This document shows positions 4,613 through 7,737 of a DNA stretch of 7,737 nt, piece after piece. Position numbers and translations under genes: made by a program. The stretch comes from Candidatus Heimdallarchaeota archaeon B3_Heim. Lineage in GTDB: Archaea; Asgardarchaeota; Heimdallarchaeia; Hodarchaeales; Hodarchaeaceae. Below the pieces are notes generated by a model that saw nothing but the letters and a program-made list of their open reading frames with translations, had not been told where the DNA came from and did no database searches. The DNA lies in the NCBI GenBank assembly GCA_003144275.1, contig NJBF01000082.1, positions 1 through 7,737 on the forward strand, read 5' to 3'. Each line of letters begins with the position of its first letter. Positions within the stretch are counted from its first letter, which is position 1.

Positions 4613-5626
4613 TTGCCAAAACAAACAAAACTTGGATTTACCATAAGTTACGACTTTTTACCTCCCTCGCAAACTCACGATTTACTAGAAGTTCTTGATA
4701 ATTCTGCATTTACCCATATATTCGTACCAGAAGTATGGGGGTATGATGCGTTCCATGAGTGTGCACGAATGGCAACCCAAACTGAAAATCTTGTCTTTGG
4801 AACAGGGATTGTCAATATGTACTCACGCTCACCAGCTACTATGGCACAGGCGGCAGCGAGTATTGATGAGCAAACCGAAGGACGGTTTATATTAGGAGTG
4901 GGATTAAGTGGACCTAAAGTTGTTCAAAACTGGCATGGTTTAGATTACTACCATGGATCTCCAATGCAACGTACCCGTGAGTACTTGGAAATCCTTCACC
5001 TCATATTTTCAGGAGAAACAGTTAATTACGATACAGGAACCATTTTTAAACTGAAAAACTTCAAGTTACGCACGTTTGAAACCCCAGTAAAGGTACCCGT
5101 ATACTTAGCGGCTTTCGGAACTAAGAATGTTCAGCTAGCAGGTGAATTAGCGGATGGATGGTTACCGATCTGGACTTCATATCCCGAAATACCTAGTTTA
5201 AAGGACAATTTCGAAAAAGGGATAGCGAAACGTCAAAAAATTGACAATAAGGATAAAGAGATTGCCCCCTTCATTGTAACATGTGCCTCTGAAGATCCTA
5301 AAGCAAAATACTATGTCCAAAAGCAATTATCATTCTATATCGGAGGAATGGGAACCTATTACGCACGGGTAGCAAAACAATATGGTTTTACAGAAGAAGT
5401 AGATCGAATAACTCGAGCTTGGAATGCCGGAGATAGAGAACTAGCATTGAAGGAAGTAAGTGAGGAAATGTTAGCAAGGCTTGCAGCGGTAGGCCCACCT
5501 GAAAAAGTCTTAGCCCGATATGAAACGCTTAGAAAAAGTGGTATCACAAATCCAGTTGTATGGTTACCAGTTGGATGTCCCCCTGCATTAGCTCTGGAAA
5601 CTATTCATACATTCCAAGACAGTTAG
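4613..5626 (+). CDS. LLM-class flavin/F420-dependent oxidoreductase (Mer-like)
   Basis: 337 aa, TTG start 19 nt after the DUF438 stop, with SD-like AAGGA. Motifs: VPEVWGYDAF, GTGIVNMYSRSPATMAQAAASIDE..GRFILGVGLSGP..WHG and PVYLAAFG..QLAGELADGW. F420 use is inferred from family resemblance and the substrate is unknown. Confidence 0.92.
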   Translation: MPKQTKLGFTISYDFLPPSQTHDLLEVLDNSAFTHIFVPEVWGYDAFHECARMATQTENLVFGTGIVNMYSRSPATMAQAAASIDEQTEGRFILGVGLSGPKVVQNWHGLDYYHGSPMQRTREYLEILHLIFSGETVNYDTGTIFKLKNFKLRTFETPVKVPVYLAAFGTKNVQLAGELADGWLPIWTSYPEIPSLKDNFEKGIAKRQKIDNKDKEIAPFIVTCASEDPKAKYYVQKQLSFYIGGMGTYYARVAKQYGFTEEVDRITRAWNAGDRELALKEVSEEMLARLAAVGPPEKVLARYETLRKSGITNPVVWLPVGCPPALALETIHTFQDS

Positions 5627-5637
5627 AAGGGGTGTAA

Positions 5638-6156
5638 TTAGATATTTTCGTCTACTGATGTGTCCAATTCATCAAAGTAATATAGATAGTCTCCCTCAAC
5701 TCTAGGTTTATTTAAAGCTTTAAAACAGTAGTTCAATTGGCCACGATGATATATAGTATGGATAATATATTGTAAGTAGAAATCGTCTTTCATCATACAA
5801 AAAGAATCCCCATCTCGCCGAGGAACAGCCACTGTACCATCCAAATTATTCTGAATCTCATGCCCTAATTGATTATCCAAATTTTTCCACAATTCAATGA
5901 GTGTTGATTGTGTGTACTCATCTAAAAGATGATAAAATCCGTCTGGAGCATTCAGGTGATCGAAAAACGAAAGTTCAATTTTCAGAAGTGAAAAGCACCG
6001 TAACAATGCTGAACATATATGTACAACCTTTTCCTTAGTTGAACCAAGTGTAGACCCGAGATCCAGAACAAATTCTTCTTCAGATAACTCTTGAAGGATT
6101 GCGCGTGATTTTTCTCCAACCCATGAGTGGTATTTTGCTAAATTTTTCATTCCCAT
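5638..6156 (-). CDS. DinB/YfiT-like family protein
   Basis: 172 aa with N-terminal LAKYHSWVGEKSRAIL, a His triad pattern (VVHIC; IIHTIYHRGQL) and C-terminal EGDYLYY. SD-like GGAGA upstream. Convergent with the LLM gene across an 11-nt gap. Confidence 0.88.
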   Translation of the reverse strand: MGMKNLAKYHSWVGEKSRAILQELSEEEFVLDLGSTLGSTKEKVVHICSALLRCFSLLKIELSFFDHLNAPDGFYHLLDEYTQSTLIELWKNLDNQLGHEIQNNLDGTVAVPRRDGDSFCMMKDDFYLQYIIHTIYHRGQLNYCFKALNKPRVEGDYLYYFDELDTSVDENI

Positions 6157-6371
6157 TGATAAATCTCCGATGGAAGGTAGGTACGAATGTATTGCCAGCC
6201 TAATCTGGAATTATTTAACCTTCTTGTTCCTAAAACAGTCATAATGATTTGAGTGAATCAAAGAATTTAAGACACGATTTTACCTCTAATTAAATGATTA
6301 AATATGTGGGGAAGAATTCTCAGAGTCATAAGGTTGGTTAAGTATTTATCAGGCATTGGGAAAGAAAACTG

Positions 6372-7442
6372 ATGGAAATGGACGAAATCGGGATTACATA
6401 TAAAAATCTACAGGAAACTCTTGTAGCAAGTATTAGAACGGGTATTAAGAGTTTAACAGATATTTCCAATACAGTGGAACAATTAAATACGTCCATGCCC
6501 AAAAAAATAATCACAGGGCCAGCATTTGGTAGAACAAATTGGATATCTTCCCTTCTCAAAGATCAAGGAACCGACATGGAAATTGGTTTTCCAGTATCTT
6601 CAGAATTCAACATGGGAAATATCAAATCGAGAATATTGCCCAAACGAGAAGTTTTGTCGATTATCCATACTGGTCCTGTAGATCAGAAACACATGACATC
6701 TAAGAAATTATGGGAGTATGTAACAAAAAAAGGGTTAATTTCAGATGAATTCATTATGGAATTCTATCTAGACTCGAATAATCCCCAGGGTAATGAAATA
6801 GAAATTCAGTTCATTATTCATAACTGGCAAGAATTGTTTACACAGCATACAGAACGAGTATTAGGCGCAGATATAGCTAAGACGATCAATCCGAAACCCC
6901 TAGAACTGGAGGCAGCGCTTGAAGCTCGTCTCGAATGGGCAAAAAAGGCTATAATCAAAGCTAATTGTCATGCAAGTGAGGTTGAAACATACGATATTTT
7001 ATCGAGCTGCGCACATGTATTTCCGTCTGAACCTATTGAGAAAATGAAAAGCACTTACGAGACAGCAAGAGAAACCATGACTCCTCTAGCCTCCATTGAT
7101 CATGTATTAGCTATGATGACCAAAGATCGTGCATGGGGAAGTGCTCCAATCAGAGAGGAAAATGTTCTCATAGCAACTAAAAATCCTGCCAATCGTGAAG
7201 CTTTTGAAAAAGCGACTACTAGTGCAGAAAAACGACGAGCAGCTTGTTTTTGCCCAGTAATTCGAAATTCTCTTGATGATGCAGATATTCCTAAAGAATA
7301 TTGCTTATGTAGTGCAGGTTGGTTTCGACGTCAATGGGAAGGTGCATTATCACAATCAGTCAAAGTTGATATCCTAAAAACGGTGTTAAAAGGGGATGAA
7401 GTCTGTCAGTTTGCCATTCTTATTCCAGAAAATCTTAAGTGA
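6372..7442 (+). CDS. GyrI-like small-molecule-binding domain fused to a Cys-rich DUF6144/V4R-like domain
   Basis: About the first 150 aa are GyrI-like (LVASIR..GPAF..DMEIGFPV..REVLSIIHTGP..LWEYV..MEFYLD..IEIQF). The C-terminal part has SSCAH, CFCPVI, YCLCSAGWF..VKVDILKTVLKGDEVCQFAI. No HTH was seen. Confidence 0.85.
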   Translation: MEMDEIGITYKNLQETLVASIRTGIKSLTDISNTVEQLNTSMPKKIITGPAFGRTNWISSLLKDQGTDMEIGFPVSSEFNMGNIKSRILPKREVLSIIHTGPVDQKHMTSKKLWEYVTKKGLISDEFIMEFYLDSNNPQGNEIEIQFIIHNWQELFTQHTERVLGADIAKTINPKPLELEAALEARLEWAKKAIIKANCHASEVETYDILSSCAHVFPSEPIEKMKSTYETARETMTPLASIDHVLAMMTKDRAWGSAPIREENVLIATKNPANREAFEKATTSAEKRRAACFCPVIRNSLDDADIPKEYCLCSAGWFRRQWEGALSQSVKVDILKTVLKGDEVCQFAILIPENLK

Positions 7443-7737
7443 AGAAATATGGATTTCAATAATTCAAATTCAAGGGTTGTTAACCATCTATTGTTATAAT
7501 AGCCAAATATAACAAAATAGGAAGAGAAAACTTCAAGGGGAAGAGAGAAACAAAAAGCAAGTCAACATAGGAAGAGCGAATAGAGACTAAAATATTGAAT
7601 TAATAGAGGAATAAACGGATCTCATGAGATTATAGCTCCAACGGTGAACTAATTAACCTCTTAATATTAAAATAATGGAAAATTAGCAATTTTGATTTAG
7701 ATCACGTGGCCTAGTAGGTTTATAAGAAGAAAAGCGC

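Noticed and set aside
4695-4895. 66-aa alternative-frame + ORF
   Set aside because: Nested out of frame within the LLM gene.
5359-5547. 62-aa minus-strand ORF
   Set aside because: Antisense shadow of the LLM gene.
6338-6559. 73-aa minus-strand ORF
   Set aside because: Antisense to the GyrI-like gene start with no motif.
7440-7660. TGA read-through (alternative genetic code) to rescue the hydrophobic minus frame
   Set aside because: TGA ends the 356-aa gene at 7440-7442, long genes contain no in-frame TGA and use TGG for Trp, and a TAG still interrupts that frame.
1-7737. CRISPR array, tRNA/rRNA, IS element, integrase or known defence genes
   Set aside because: No regularly spaced repeats, no cloverleaf or rRNA-like sequence and no DDE, tyrosine or serine recombinase motifs were seen.

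Overview
AT-rich stress/detox neighbourhood, probably archaeal and possibly Asgard-like. The lineage is inference only, from the GGTGA-type SD, the F420-type LLM enzyme and a small-GTPase-like orphan. Left to right: the 5' end of a P1B heavy-metal ATPase and its ArsR/SmtB (CadC-like) regulator on the minus strand, with a perfect SmtB/CzrA-type operator; a ~1.9 kb block of orphan ORFs; a DUF1858-DUF438-hemerythrin-like-PAS gene in an apparent operon with an LLM/F420-dependent oxidoreductase; a convergent DinB-family gene; and a GyrI-like/Cys-rich (DUF6144/V4R-like) fusion. The main hidden structure is a diverged direct repeat (739-1051 vs 2984-3327) that brackets the orphan block. The left copy keeps the metal operator but has lost the SD and start codon of the DUF438 gene. 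The right copy keeps the gene, but its operator has half-decayed. The coding part of the repeat differs almost only at synonymous sites. The largest orphan (240 aa) reads like a catalytically degenerate Ras/Rho-fold GTPase. No integrase, transposase, RNA gene or CRISPR array was seen.
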